Below, piece after piece: positions 20,359 through 30,731 of a stretch of 48,287 nucleotides of DNA. The stretch is from the NCBI GenBank assembly GCA_964465515.1, contig CAYXIP010000001.1, positions 3,557 to 51,843 of the forward strand. Reading direction: 5' to 3'. This stretch comes from an uncultured Candidatus Methanoperedens sp. (GTDB lineage: Archaea; Halobacteriota; Methanosarcinia; Methanosarcinales; Methanoperedenaceae). Each line of letters starts with the position of its first letter. Position 1 is the stretch's first letter. The notes below the pieces were generated by a model. It was not told where the DNA came from. It did not search any database and was given only the letters and a program-made list of their open reading frames with translations. Position numbers and translations under genes: made by a program.

Positions 20359-20499
20359 ATGTCAAAACTAAAGAAGCGGGAACTTGAGAGAAAAGGAAAG
20401 AAAAAACAGGAGATTCTGGAGAATAAGCTGATAGAGGAGCATCTTGAGGACCTAACAAAAACAAAAGTGGAGCTTGAGGAGCTCCCAGAGGAAGAGTAG
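20359..20499 (+). CDS. Small charged protein, 46 aa, unannotated
   Basis: SD GAGGT before ATG 20359; MSKLKKRELERKGKKKQEILENKLIEEHLEDLTKTKVELEELPEEE; TAG overlaps GTG of the SAMP gene. Confidence 0.6.
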   Translation: MSKLKKRELERKGKKKQEILENKLIEEHLEDLTKTKVELEELPEEE

Positions 20500-20705
20500 T
20501 GAGGATAAAAGTAAAGCTCCTTTCAGGGGGTGTTAAAGAAGAAAACCTGGATGTATCACCGCATTCTACATACGAAGAACTGCTTCTTTCCCTCCATATC
20601 AATCCCGAAATAGTCCTTGTTTTTCGAAATGGCTCTCCGGTACCATTGGATGAGAAAGTGTCGCAGGAAAATATTGAAGTGCTGAGGGTTGTGACCGGGG
20701 GATAA
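20499..20705 (+). CDS. Ubiquitin-like sulfur carrier (MoaD/ThiS/SAMP family)
   Basis: 68 aa, INPEIVLVFRNG..PLDE, C-terminal VVTGG. Confidence 0.9.
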   Translation: MRIKVKLLSGGVKEENLDVSPHSTYEELLLSLHINPEIVLVFRNGSPVPLDEKVSQENIEVLRVVTGG

Positions 20706-20713
20706 ATGGCACC

Positions 20714-21598
20714 ATGCAGTTGACAGACGCCTATGGAAGGACGATAAACAGCCTGCGAATATCCATCACAGACCGCTGCAATCTGAACTGCATGTACTGC
20801 CACCGTGAAGGTGAGAGGCGGGACATAAAAACCGAGATGACAGCCGAGGCTATAAAAAATATAGTCCAGGCTTCAAAGACCTTTGGTATAAGAAAGGTAA
20901 AATTCTCGGGAGGAGAACCTTTGATGAGAAGTGATTTTGAAAATATTATCCGCTCCCTTCCCGGGCTAAAGGATATCTCGGCTACAACCAATGGTGCATA
21001 TCTTGCGCCAAGGGCGCAGAGCCTTGCAGAGAGCGGGCTTTCCCGTATCAATATAAGCCTTCCCTCCCTTTCGCCTGAAAAATACAGGAAAGTCACCGGG
21101 GGTAATATAAGCAGAGTGCTGGAGGGGATTGATGCTGCGGTTGATTGTCTTGCTCCTGTCAAACTCAATATGGTGCTGCTAAAGGGTATAAACGATAATG
21201 AAATAGAAAAAATGATGGATTTTACCCGCAGGTATGAAGGAAAGGTAATCCTCCAATTGATAGAATTGATGGATTTTCAAAAAGCTGCAAACTACAGGTT
21301 GGATATCAACGAAATAGAAAAGTTCCTTGAATCAAAAGCCACGGATATTAAAGAGAGGGCGATGCACAGGAGAAAGAAATACTATATAGACGGAATTGAG
21401 GTTGAACTCGTCCGCCCCATCGATAATTCGCATTTCTGCGCAAACTGCACAAGGCTTCGCGTCACTTCGGACGGCAGGCTTAAGCCCTGCCTTTTCAGGA
21501 ATGACAATCTTTTGGATGTGAATAATAAAGCGCAGGAAGAGATAGCAGAATTGATGAAGCTTGCAATGGATAGGCGGGAGCCTTTTTATAAGGGTTGA
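20714..21598 (+). CDS. moaA: GTP 3',8-cyclase MoaA
   Basis: DAYGR..LRISITDRCNLNCMYCH, GGEPL, FCANCTRLRVTSDGRLKPCL. Confidence 0.95.
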   Translation: MQLTDAYGRTINSLRISITDRCNLNCMYCHREGERRDIKTEMTAEAIKNIVQASKTFGIRKVKFSGGEPLMRSDFENIIRSLPGLKDISATTNGAYLAPRAQSLAESGLSRINISLPSLSPEKYRKVTGGNISRVLEGIDAAVDCLAPVKLNMVLLKGINDNEIEKMMDFTRRYEGKVILQLIELMDFQKAANYRLDINEIEKFLESKATDIKERAMHRRKKYYIDGIEVELVRPIDNSHFCANCTRLRVTSDGRLKPCLFRNDNLLDVNNKAQEEIAELMKLAMDRREPFYKG

Positions 21599-22512
21599 TT
21601 ATAGTGAGGTTTTTGTGTATGGACTTTATTTATAAAACTGTATTCAAATATTTCATTTTCGTGTATTTCCCTTGAGATGTATTTTAGCCTGTGGAGCACA
21701 GGCACAAAAGCCAACGTTGCCGCGACAAACTCATGCGACAGCGCAGCGCAGTATTTTGGTGAGATATGATACGCTTCAAGGACAAAATCCTCGTCTACGA
21801 TTCCAGTAATTTTCGAAACAAGCCTTGCAGCATCTCTGGGGTTTTCCCTTATGAAATTACTTGCCTTTTCATGCGTTCTGAGAAAGTCCAGAATCAAATC
21901 AGGATATTGCCTCAATTCTTTTCTTATAACTATCCCATAGCTCGGGTTGTTCTGCCAGAGAGCATTGGGTGGTATTATAATTTTTGCATTGCAGGCACGC
22001 GATGCTGCCACGGCAAGAGAGGGCGTTCCGACGGCTGCTTCTATCTCCCTGTCCACAAGCGCCTCAAGCACAAAGTCAGTCCATGCGAAGTTCTTCACCA
22101 TGATACCGAGCTTTGCCTTCTCAAGAGCATTGTTGATGATGACATCATGGATAGAGCCTCTTGCAGGAGAGCCGATGACCTTTCCCTTAAACTGCGCCAG
22201 CGTGGAGTTGAAATCCTTGAGTTCTTCAAGTGTACTGTATTCCTCCTGAGCAACCAGTACAGTCCCCTCAACATGACCTCCTGCTATGCATATAATCGGA
22301 ACTCCCCTGTCGATGCCGATAATGGCAGGGGGAAGACCGATATAGCCGATGTCGATTTCCTCATTTTCAAATGCCGCTACAATATCTGGTCCTGAGGCAA
22401 AAAGCTTCCAGTCTGCATGGATACCTGCCTTTTCAAGCCAGTCCGTCCCCATCAGGATGAAAGAGGTATGGTAAACGGTGGAAAGGTGACCGATGGTGAT
22501 GGGTTTAAGCAT
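21586..22512 (-). CDS. ABC-type substrate-binding protein (NitT/TauT/SsuA-like), orphan
   Basis: FASGPDIV..IDIGYIGLPPA, GSPARGSIHDV; no adjacent permease. Confidence 0.75.
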   Translation of the reverse strand: MLKPITIGHLSTVYHTSFILMGTDWLEKAGIHADWKLFASGPDIVAAFENEEIDIGYIGLPPAIIGIDRGVPIICIAGGHVEGTVLVAQEEYSTLEELKDFNSTLAQFKGKVIGSPARGSIHDVIINNALEKAKLGIMVKNFAWTDFVLEALVDREIEAAVGTPSLAVAASRACNAKIIIPPNALWQNNPSYGIVIRKELRQYPDLILDFLRTHEKASNFIRENPRDAARLVSKITGIVDEDFVLEAYHISPKYCAALSHEFVAATLAFVPVLHRLKYISREIHENEIFEYSFINKVHTQKPHYNQPL

Positions 22513-22548
22513 GATATTTTAATTGAGAGACAATGAATAAATGTTTTG

Positions 22549-23637
22549 CTAATAATACTTCACATCCTCAACATACTTCTCAGCCAGCGCAAGTATCCTT
22601 GCAAGCAGTTCGCCCCTCTTCATCCTGATTTCCTCTTTGCCTCCCATTAATTCCTCAAACACACTTCTACCCACGATATCATCAAATCCATACCTGACAC
22701 GAATTACAACCGAACCCGAAGGAACCACCGCATTTTTGAGAACATCATCCATATCCCCATCCACGAGCCCGATAACAGGGATGCCAAGGCGTGCTGATAT
22801 ATCAGCTGCGATTGCGGTGGTGTCATCTCCCACAGTGATAACGAGTCCGGCGTCTTTCACAAGCTCAAAGGTGGATTCCGCGCAGTGGTCTATGATGGCG
22901 ATTTTTTCTCTATGCTTTATTCTTTTTATCCTGGGCTCGTGCAGGCTTCGCCTGATGTTTCCTGTCCTGACCCTTGCAGTGAAGAGGTCGATCTTCCTAT
23001 TTTCAAGCTTTTCAAGACCGTGCGGCTTCGCTTCTATCCCTCTTAGCTCAACTATCCTGCCGTGCTTGCAAACGATTTCAGGTTCAGGACGTATAACCTC
23101 CCCGATAACGATTCCGTCCAGGCGGATGTTTTCGCCCGCAAATGCCCCTGATATGCGACGGATAACAAGGTCCCCCTCTGCTCTGATATACGAGGGCGCT
23201 GGAGAGCCCAACTCGATGGGAAGGTCGTAGATTCCACGCAGCATATACTTTACATACTCTGCGCAGCGTTTCGCCTCAGGACTGTAGTAAATGATCCTGC
23301 CTTCGCAGTCAGGGCGCTCGATGTGAACAAAAGGAATCCGTGAGATTTTCGAAGCCACTATTCGCCCGAAAAAGCGTCCGGTATCCAGCGTTTTTCCGTG
23401 GTTGAGAAGTATCGCAAGGTCTATGCTGTCCTTCATTGAAAGAATGGTCTGGCTCGGCGTGAGCCCCTTTGATATGTCGATGCTGTCTTCAAGACATGCG
23501 TCGAGCACCGCAGTCCGTCCCATGGTACCCCCGAGCTTCGCACTCACCTCATGCTTCCCCTTGAATATGTTTATTATCCGCTTTGCTGAACCCAGATCTA
23601 CAATCTCAGGACCATGAAGTATTATTCCTATGCGCAT
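22549..23637 (-). CDS. DUF2117-type conserved methanogen protein
   Basis: IGIILHGPEIVD.G, LGGTMGRTAVLDA, NHGKT, TVGDDTT, GLVDGD. Confidence 0.75.
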   Translation of the reverse strand: MRIGIILHGPEIVDLGSAKRIINIFKGKHEVSAKLGGTMGRTAVLDACLEDSIDISKGLTPSQTILSMKDSIDLAILLNHGKTLDTGRFFGRIVASKISRIPFVHIERPDCEGRIIYYSPEAKRCAEYVKYMLRGIYDLPIELGSPAPSYIRAEGDLVIRRISGAFAGENIRLDGIVIGEVIRPEPEIVCKHGRIVELRGIEAKPHGLEKLENRKIDLFTARVRTGNIRRSLHEPRIKRIKHREKIAIIDHCAESTFELVKDAGLVITVGDDTTAIAADISARLGIPVIGLVDGDMDDVLKNAVVPSGSVVIRVRYGFDDIVGRSVFEELMGGKEEIRMKRGELLARILALAEKYVEDVKYY

Positions 23638-23687
23638 GCTAACCTGTGAGGATAAATGATTTATGTACAGAAAACAATCATGTAATT

Positions 23688-23843
23688 GTGAAACTTACAG
23701 ATATTCTTATTGCCGTCATTGCTTTAATTGTTGCTTATTTTATAATAGGACTATTATGGGCAATCACACTCTTTATTATAAAAATAGCAGTAATTCTAAT
23801 AATTGCATATATATTGTATTTGTTTTTGAAAAAAGTATTGTGA
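23688..23843 (+). CDS. Small hydrophobic membrane protein
   Basis: Long hydrophobic stretch ending LKKVL; GTG 23688 or 23646 start. Confidence 0.55.
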   Translation: MKLTDILIAVIALIVAYFIIGLLWAITLFIIKIAVILIIAYILYLFLKKVL

Positions 23844-23850
23844 TATAAAC

Positions 23851-24054
23851 TTAGCCATATCGCCTGTTGAGGAAAACATGTACAACGAAAATGACAATCC
23901 AGAAGCCAACAGCGCCGAGTAATGCACCCAGCAATTCACTCTGCAAATCCATAACCGTGTTTGGCAGTGGTAATAGATATTTTAATATAGTAACTATTAT
24001 AAAAAAGAGTACCGCAGCCGCAGAAGCAGTAAAATATGGACTCATTTTTTCCAT
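23851..24054 (-). CDS. Small two-TM membrane protein
   Basis: Two hydrophobic helices, basic C-terminus. Confidence 0.55.
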   Translation of the reverse strand: MEKMSPYFTASAAAVLFFIIVTILKYLLPLPNTVMDLQSELLGALLGAVGFWIVIFVVHVFLNRRYG

Positions 24055-24177
24055 GATTTCAAGTAGTGAGTTAATACACCAAATATTTTTCTGTTTTTTC
24101 TTTCAAGGTTTCGTAATCGTATCCAAAAATAGATATAGAATCAACGATAGAATTAATTGTAGCGGGAGTTAGTATTC

Positions 24178-25341
24178 ATGCCAGATGAAGTTATAATTGT
24201 CAGTGGTGCGAGGACGGCTGTCGGCAAATTCGGCCGCAGCTTCAGGGATATACCTGCCCAGAGATTAGGTTCAATCGCTATAAAAGAGGCATTAAATCGA
24301 GCTGGTATAGAAATGCAGGATGTGGAGGAGGTTATAATGGGCAATGTGGTCTCCGCAGGTCTTGGACAGAATCCTGCAAGGCAGGCTGCGATCTACGCCG
24401 GAGTTCCGCCTGAAACAGGTTCTTTCACCGTGAACAAAGTATGCGGCTCAGGTTTGAAGGCAGTCATGCTCGCAGCCCAGACTGTAAAAGCAGGTGATGC
24501 TGATATAATCGTCGCAGGTGGGATGGAGAACATGAGCCGTGCCCCGCATCTCATCAGGAGCCTTCGCTGGGGTGTAAAGTTTGGAGATACTTCAATTGTT
24601 GATGCCATGGTGTACGATGGCTTATGGGAAGTGTATAATGATTACCACATGGGAATTACTGGTGAGAGGATAGCGGAGAAGTACAGCATAACAAGAGAGG
24701 AAGCGGACGAGTTCGCCCTAAGCAGCCATCGAAAAGCTCTGCATGCAATTAAGAGCGGGAAGTTCAACGATGAGATAATACCAGTTGAAAACATCGAAAG
24801 GGACGAGGGTGTAAGAGAAGACACCTCGCTTGAGAAGCTTGCAGAACTCCCTCCTGTTTTCAAAAAAGGCGGCATCCTTACGGCAGGGAACAGTTCCCAG
24901 CTCAGCGATGGCGCTGCTGCGCTTGTACTGACATCGGCAAGAAAAGCAGAGGAACTGGGATTAGACCCTTTTGCCAGAATAACAGCTTACGCAACAGGTG
25001 GAACAAAGCCTGAGGACGTGATGGAGGCTCCGATTCCCACAATTAAAAAACTTCTCAGAAAGACAGGTTTTACCATGGACGACATGGACTTAATCGAGCA
25101 TAACGAAGCCTATGCCTCAGCCTCGATTGCGGTAGCAAGGGAACTTGAAATTGATACCAAAAAATTCAATGTAAACGGCGGCGCAATCGCGCTGGGACAT
25201 CCGATTGGATGCAGCGGGGCGAGGATACTTGTGACGCTGCTTTACGCACTTAAGGAAAGAAGGCTTAAAAGGGGACTTGCCACCCTCTGCCTTGGAGGAG
25301 GAAATGCAGTTGCAATGATAGTTGAGAGGCAGAATGATTAG
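24178..25341 (+). CDS. thlA: Acetyl-CoA acetyltransferase (bacterial-type thiolase)
   Basis: GQNPARQA, NKVCGSG, AGGMENMS, HNEAY, GHPIGCSG, CLGGG. Confidence 0.95.
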   Translation: MPDEVIIVSGARTAVGKFGRSFRDIPAQRLGSIAIKEALNRAGIEMQDVEEVIMGNVVSAGLGQNPARQAAIYAGVPPETGSFTVNKVCGSGLKAVMLAAQTVKAGDADIIVAGGMENMSRAPHLIRSLRWGVKFGDTSIVDAMVYDGLWEVYNDYHMGITGERIAEKYSITREEADEFALSSHRKALHAIKSGKFNDEIIPVENIERDEGVREDTSLEKLAELPPVFKKGGILTAGNSSQLSDGAAALVLTSARKAEELGLDPFARITAYATGGTKPEDVMEAPIPTIKKLLRKTGFTMDDMDLIEHNEAYASASIAVARELEIDTKKFNVNGGAIALGHPIGCSGARILVTLLYALKERRLKRGLATLCLGGGNAVAMIVERQND

Positions 25342-26179
25342 AAAAATAGGGATTATAGGTGCTGGAACCATGGGAGGCGGCATAGCCCAGGTGGCAGCAC
25401 AGAGCGGTTTTGAAGTTATTATGGAGGATGTGAAACAGGAATACGTAAGCAGCGGATTTGCAAAGATAAAAGAAAGGCTGGAAAAGAGAGTTAGCGAAGG
25501 AAAGCTTGAGAGCAGGGAGAAAGAGCGAATCCTCTCGAATATTAAACCAACCGCAAGTCTGGGAGACCTGAAAGATTCTGACCTTATAATAGAGGCTGTG
25601 GTAGAAAAAGAGGACGTAAAAAAAGAGATTTTCGAGGAACTGGAAAGAATATGTACTGAAGACACGATTTTCACCACGAATACCTCTTCCATTTCTATAA
25701 CCCGGCTTGCCCACGTTACAAGAAGACCGGAGCGCTTTGCAGGTATGCATTTCATGAATCCTGCCTATATTATGAAACTCGTAGAGGTAGTCCGTGGCAT
25801 CCAAACATCGCAGGAAACAATAGACGTAGTAACTGCAGTTGCGGAAAAAATGGGAAAGATACCAGTTGTGGTCAATGATTCTCCAGGTTTCGTCTCAAAC
25901 CGCATACTCATGCCCATGATAAACGATGCAATCTTCTGCCTTCAGGAAGGAATAGCTTCAAAAGAAAGCATAGACAGTATTATGAAGCTTGGAGCGAACC
26001 AACCCATGGGTCCCCTTGAGCTTGCGGATTTTGTGGGTCTTGATGTCTGCCTTGATATACTTGAGATTCTTCATAACGAGTTGGGGGAGAAATACAGACC
26101 CTGCCCGTTACTTAGAAAAATGGTAGCCGCAGGTAAACTCGGCAGAAAAAGCGGAGAAGGATTTTATGGATACAGATGA
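25334..26179 (+). CDS. hbd: 3-hydroxybutyryl-CoA dehydrogenase
   Basis: GAGTMGGGIAQ, IEAVVE, NTSSISIT, GMHFMNP, PMGPLELAD, LGRKSGEGFY. Confidence 0.95.
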   Translation: MIRKIGIIGAGTMGGGIAQVAAQSGFEVIMEDVKQEYVSSGFAKIKERLEKRVSEGKLESREKERILSNIKPTASLGDLKDSDLIIEAVVEKEDVKKEIFEELERICTEDTIFTTNTSSISITRLAHVTRRPERFAGMHFMNPAYIMKLVEVVRGIQTSQETIDVVTAVAEKMGKIPVVVNDSPGFVSNRILMPMINDAIFCLQEGIASKESIDSIMKLGANQPMGPLELADFVGLDVCLDILEILHNELGEKYRPCPLLRKMVAAGKLGRKSGEGFYGYR

Positions 26180-26933
26180 AATAAAAATCGAAAAGAAAAA
26201 TGAAATCGGAATTATCACTCTGAATAAACCTCCTTTGAACCTTCTGGATACGAAAATGCTGCATCATCTGGATGGCTCACTTGAGGATATGGAAAATGAC
26301 GGAAAGATAAGGGCCGTAATTATAAAAGGAGAGCAAAACTTTTGCGCAGGTGCAGATGTAAAGGAATTGAAAGAAATGCATCCTGATGAAGCTCTGGTTT
26401 TTTCCAGGCTGGGACATAAGGTTTGCAGCCATATTGAAAATATGGATAAACCTGTGATTGCAGCGGTCAATGGATACGCCTTCGGCGGCGGATGGGAACT
26501 TGCTCTTGCATGTGATTTGAGAATAGCAGCCGAGGGCACAAAGCTCGGATTGCCTGAGCTGAATCTCGGTATCATACCCGGTTTTGGAGGTACGCAGAGG
26601 CTTACCAGGCTTGCTGGAATAGGAAGAGCAAAGGAAATGATTTTTACGGGCAGAAGCATGGATGCAAAGGAGGCTCTTTCTATCGGACTTGTGAATACGG
26701 TGGTGAAGGATGAAGAATTGATGGGAAAAGCAGAGGAGGTAGCAGGTATTTTGTCAAAGAAAAGCCCTTTAATTCTCAAGATAGCCAAGGCTCTGATAAA
26801 CAGGAACCTGGACATAAGGAAAGGGCTTGAGATGGAGATGTTTTCCTTCTCCGAATGCTTTGCTTCAGAGGATCATATGGAGGGCATAAATGCATTTCTT
26901 AAGAAGAGGAAGCCTGTGTTTAAGGGTGTTTGA
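26166..26933 (+). CDS. crt: Enoyl-CoA hydratase / crotonase
   Basis: FCAGADVKE, AAVNGYAFGGGWELA, PELNLGIIPGFGGTQRL. Confidence 0.93.
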   Translation: MDTDEIKIEKKNEIGIITLNKPPLNLLDTKMLHHLDGSLEDMENDGKIRAVIIKGEQNFCAGADVKELKEMHPDEALVFSRLGHKVCSHIENMDKPVIAAVNGYAFGGGWELALACDLRIAAEGTKLGLPELNLGIIPGFGGTQRLTRLAGIGRAKEMIFTGRSMDAKEALSIGLVNTVVKDEELMGKAEEVAGILSKKSPLILKIAKALINRNLDIRKGLEMEMFSFSECFASEDHMEGINAFLKKRKPVFKGV

Positions 26934-26943
26934 TTAAGCTCGT

Positions 26944-27831
26944 ATGAACTGGCTCTTCTTTGCTCTCATTGCTACCGCTTCTCTTGCTACCACCGCCATC
27001 CTTGATAAGTTCATATTGAGCAGCTATACGAAGGACGCCATCGCCTACTTAATTACCCTCGTCGTGGTGCAGCAATTATTTGCTTTTTTCGTTCTGATAA
27101 CCATGGGATATGAGTTCGTCTATCCGGCATCCGTTGTTGCTGCACTTGCAGGCGCATTTCAGGTAGTGATGTGGATTTCATATCTCAAGGCGCTGCAGGT
27201 TGAGGAGGTGTCAAGGGTGACGCCTCTTGTTTTCATCTACCCTCTGTTTGTTTTCGCTGCATCTGCGCTATTGCTCGGTGAGACCCTGACTCCCGGTAAC
27301 TACATAGGAGGCTTGCTTCTTGTGATTAGCGCCTTCCTTGTTTCCTACAAGCCGGGAAAAATTAAGAACCTCGCGTTCTCACCGGCTGTCAAATACATGT
27401 TCTTTTTCTGGGTTTTTGTGGCGCTATACGCTGTAACTGCCAAGTATCTTCTCACCTTCATGGATGAATGGCATCTTTACTTCTGGACTTCCATCGGGAA
27501 TCTGGTATTCGGCATTCCGCTGCTGAGGAAGCGCGTCGTGTGGACTGAAACAAGAAGCCTTTTTCTAAAAAGCCGCGCACTCGGTGCGGTATTGCTTGAG
27601 GAAGTCTTTGATTTCCTGGGTAGGATCGGCTTTCTCTTTGCTTATGCGCTCGGGTCTGTTGCGCTTGCAGCAAGCGTCAATGCGCTCCAGCCACTCATGG
27701 TTCTCATCTACGTTATATTTTTGAGCCTGTTCATGCCAGGGATACTGCAGGAGGAGATAAGCAGGGAGACGCTTGCTTTCAAATTCGCGGCTGTTGTGCT
27801 TGTGGCGATAGGCATGTACCTGATAGCTTAA
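26944..27831 (+). CDS. EamA/DMT family transporter
   Basis: About 10 TMs, KALQVEEVSRVTPL, LLGETLT. Confidence 0.85.
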   Translation: MNWLFFALIATASLATTAILDKFILSSYTKDAIAYLITLVVVQQLFAFFVLITMGYEFVYPASVVAALAGAFQVVMWISYLKALQVEEVSRVTPLVFIYPLFVFAASALLLGETLTPGNYIGGLLLVISAFLVSYKPGKIKNLAFSPAVKYMFFFWVFVALYAVTAKYLLTFMDEWHLYFWTSIGNLVFGIPLLRKRVVWTETRSLFLKSRALGAVLLEEVFDFLGRIGFLFAYALGSVALAASVNALQPLMVLIYVIFLSLFMPGILQEEISRETLAFKFAAVVLVAIGMYLIA

Positions 27832-27873
27832 GATCGTGTTCCTGAATTCTTGGTTACGAATCCGTTTCCTATG

Positions 27874-28383
27874 CTATTCTTTGTATTCTTGGAAAATTTC
27901 TTCTGTTTCGACTATGACCGTATTATCCTTTATTTCTATGTCCCTGATGATTTCAATCATCTCAGTTTTATTGACAACCTTTCTCCTCGCTGCCATTTTC
28001 AACAAATCTTTCAAATCAAGGACTGCAATGTCCATACTTTCACAGAATTTAACCGCTATTCTGTCGTTTGTCAGAAAGACGCCTTTCCGATTTCTGGCAA
28101 TTGTTATTCCTTCAGCCTCACCGGTATGGATATTTTGATTTTTTGCCATATCTTTAAAATCAGTGATTTCTTTGTCATCCATTGTTATTACCTGAATATT
28201 ACTATTGAATACATTCTCGGGAAAGTTAAATCCCATTTTTTCTGCTCCAAGCAATTCCACATACACGGCATTCGGAATCACGATTCTTTTGCCTTTGAAA
28301 ATTTCCATCAAAAGACCGATCTTATCTATTTTAGCAAGAGTGCTGACTATATCGCAGTCTAATACTATATCCACATCAAACAC
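27874..28383 (-). CDS. PIN-domain protein (DUF3368-like toxin)
   Basis: IVLDCD, IPNAVYVEL, HTGEAEGI..A, FLTND. Confidence 0.82.
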   Translation of the reverse strand: MFDVDIVLDCDIVSTLAKIDKIGLLMEIFKGKRIVIPNAVYVELLGAEKMGFNFPENVFNSNIQVITMDDKEITDFKDMAKNQNIHTGEAEGITIARNRKGVFLTNDRIAVKFCESMDIAVLDLKDLLKMAARRKVVNKTEMIEIIRDIEIKDNTVIVETEEIFQEYKE

Positions 28384-28675
28384 CAGAAACCCGTTTCAAT
28401 CTGGCATCGCTTTCCTGCTTTGTTGATGATATCTTGATAGCAATGCCCCTGCTGCGCAGTATTTCTTTAAATTCTTCCAAGCTAACACCGGCATCCCTTG
28501 CTGCTCCCCAGAGGCTCACTTTGCCTTTCCTGTATTTGTCTATGGCGATTTCTGTCTTTAGTTCGGGTTTGATTTCGAAAAGTGCACGAAAGGCATCGGA
28601 GAGCAGGCTTTTTTCATCGTGATAAAGACCGAGCCTGAGAAGGGTGCCTTTTATAGATTTTATTTCAGATGCCAT
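28376..28675 (-). CDS. UPF0175 family antitoxin
   Basis: AIDKYRKGKVSLWGAARDAGVSLEEFKEILRSRGI; upstream of PIN gene. Confidence 0.85.
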   Translation of the reverse strand: MASEIKSIKGTLLRLGLYHDEKSLLSDAFRALFEIKPELKTEIAIDKYRKGKVSLWGAARDAGVSLEEFKEILRSRGIAIKISSTKQESDARLKRVSGV

Positions 28676-28872
28676 AGGGAATAGTTATTATTTTGAGCGT
28701 ATATAATTTTTGGGCGGAATGTTGAGTCTTAACGAATGATTTATGGAAAAATAAAAGCAGAATTATGAAAGCTTAAATAACAAATAAATCATAGAGAACC
28801 GAAAAAATAAATTATAATTGACATATCCAATTGAAACCAAAATCTCTTAATCAAACCAAAAGGATTGAAACA

Positions 28873-30378
28873 ATGGAACCCTACTTTCACCTCAAAGGCA
28901 GCTTCAAAACAAGTACCTCCGCTGCGCAGGCGCGCGCCGGTATAGAAAAATTCATCGAGGAAGCGAAAGCAACCATCCTGCAGAAAGGCGTGCCCCAGGG
29001 AAGAGGAGCCAGAATCATAGCTTGGGACGTAAAGGATAACAGCATCTCCTTCGACATCGAATCAGACCGCTACCTGCGTGCCCACGATGCCTTTATCAGG
29101 CTGCGAAAACCGCTTGCAGCCGTCATGGGAAAACACAAAATAGGAATCAGGGGTGCCGAGGTTGAAGATTTCATCGTCAAACTGCCTTCTGAACAGGCGC
29201 TTCGCCAGACAAAGATACCTCATGTCAAAGGTATAGAGTTCGATGATGGCATGCTCACGCTTTCGCTCGATGTAGGCGAAGCTGAGCTTGAAAACAAGAT
29301 TCCCGACAGGATTATCTCGCTTATCGAGGATAAAATCGCAGCGCAGGGTTTCGGCGGGAAGACTGAACACTGGAGCCTACTCTGGGAAAGCCCCAAGAAG
29401 GAAATGAAGTTCAGCAACGACCCGACGGTAGAGGCTGAGAAGCGGGGCTGGATAAAGCGCGGCGCAAGCAGGGGACAGTGGATACACGGAGCGCAGATGA
29501 CCCGCATCTTCAGGGCGTTTGAAGAGATAGTGATGGAGGAGGTAATCAAGCCCCTCGGATACATCGAGATGATATTCCCCAAACTCGATACATGGGAGGT
29601 GCTGAAGCACTCTGGACATGCAAAGGGCGTGTATCCCGAAATCTATTACGTCTCGCCACCAAAGACAAGAGACCCTGCGTTCTGGGAAGAGGTAATAGAT
29701 TATTACAAGGTCACTCTTGAAGTACCCTTAGATTTAATCGCGGAAAAGATAGACAAACCCACGGGAATCCTGTGTTATGCCCAGTGCCCCTCGTTCTGGC
29801 CTTTCCTGCAGGGGAAAACGATAGCGGATGAATCCTTCCCGATAAAAGTTTTCGACCGCTCGGGTACATCGCACAGGTATGAGAGCGGGGGCTTGCATGG
29901 CATGGAAAGGGTGGATGAATTCCACAGGATAGAGCTTGTTTTCATAGGCACGCAGGAGCAGATTCTCGCCCATTCTAAGGAAATGCAGGAATGCTACAAG
30001 CATATCTTTAACGACATACTTGATCTTGAATGGCGGATGGCATGGGTCACGCCATGGTTCATGGCGCAGGAGGGGCTGACAGGACTTGCAGGGCAAAAAG
30101 ATGTTGGAACGATTGACTTCGAGGCGCCTCTTCCCTATCGCGGAAAGGAGGGCGAGTGGCTTGAGTTCCAGAACCTGAGCGTGAACGGCGATAAGTATCC
30201 CAAAGGCTTTAACGTTAAGTCTCAGTCTGGAAAGGAGGTATGGAGCGGCTGCTCAGGCATCGGGCTTGAGAGGTGGGCGAGCGTGTTCCTTGCGCAGAAA
30301 GGATTTGACCCCAAGGAGTGGCCTCCGAAGTTCAGGGAGAAGGTAGGGGAGATGCCGAAAGGGATAAGGTTCATGTGA
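28873..30378 (+). CDS. serS: Seryl-tRNA synthetase, methanogen (type 2) form
   Basis: [59 protein letters not shown]. Confidence 0.95.
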   Translation: MEPYFHLKGSFKTSTSAAQARAGIEKFIEEAKATILQKGVPQGRGARIIAWDVKDNSISFDIESDRYLRAHDAFIRLRKPLAAVMGKHKIGIRGAEVEDFIVKLPSEQALRQTKIPHVKGIEFDDGMLTLSLDVGEAELENKIPDRIISLIEDKIAAQGFGGKTEHWSLLWESPKKEMKFSNDPTVEAEKRGWIKRGASRGQWIHGAQMTRIFRAFEEIVMEEVIKPLGYIEMIFPKLDTWEVLKHSGHAKGVYPEIYYVSPPKTRDPAFWEEVIDYYKVTLEVPLDLIAEKIDKPTGILCYAQCPSFWPFLQGKTIADESFPIKVFDRSGTSHRYESGGLHGMERVDEFHRIELVFIGTQEQILAHSKEMQECYKHIFNDILDLEWRMAWVTPWFMAQEGLTGLAGQKDVGTIDFEAPLPYRGKEGEWLEFQNLSVNGDKYPKGFNVKSQSGKEVWSGCSGIGLERWASVFLAQKGFDPKEWPPKFREKVGEMPKGIRFM

Positions 30379-30407
30379 CGTTTTGTAATAAACCACAAAC
30401 AGTTGCC

Positions 30408-30731
30408 ATGAATATAAATGAGCTGAAAGAGATACTCAAATCTATTGGGACGATTACATTTAGCAAGCATTTTCATCTTAGATATACAATGCGAGGAATC
30501 ACAGAGAGAGAAGTCCAGTCATATTTGAGAAATCCAGAAGCTCTTGAGTATTTTGAGTATCAGGGCGAAGAACCAGAAGGCAAGAAATATGCTCTCATAT
30601 TTAATAAATCAAATAAATATGATTTAAAAGTCGTGGTTTCAATAAAAGAAGCTTTAAATGTAGTAACTGCTCATATACAAAGTAAAAGAAAGCGAAAGGT
30701 GTTAGATAAATGGTTAAAGATGCAAAAATAG
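30408..30731 (+). CDS. DUF4258-like putative toxin
   Basis: FSKHFHLR..RGIT..V...L.NP, LKVVV..LNVVTA. Confidence 0.7.
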   Translation: MNINELKEILKSIGTITFSKHFHLRYTMRGITEREVQSYLRNPEALEYFEYQGEEPEGKKYALIFNKSNKYDLKVVVSIKEALNVVTAHIQSKRKRKVLDKWLKMQK

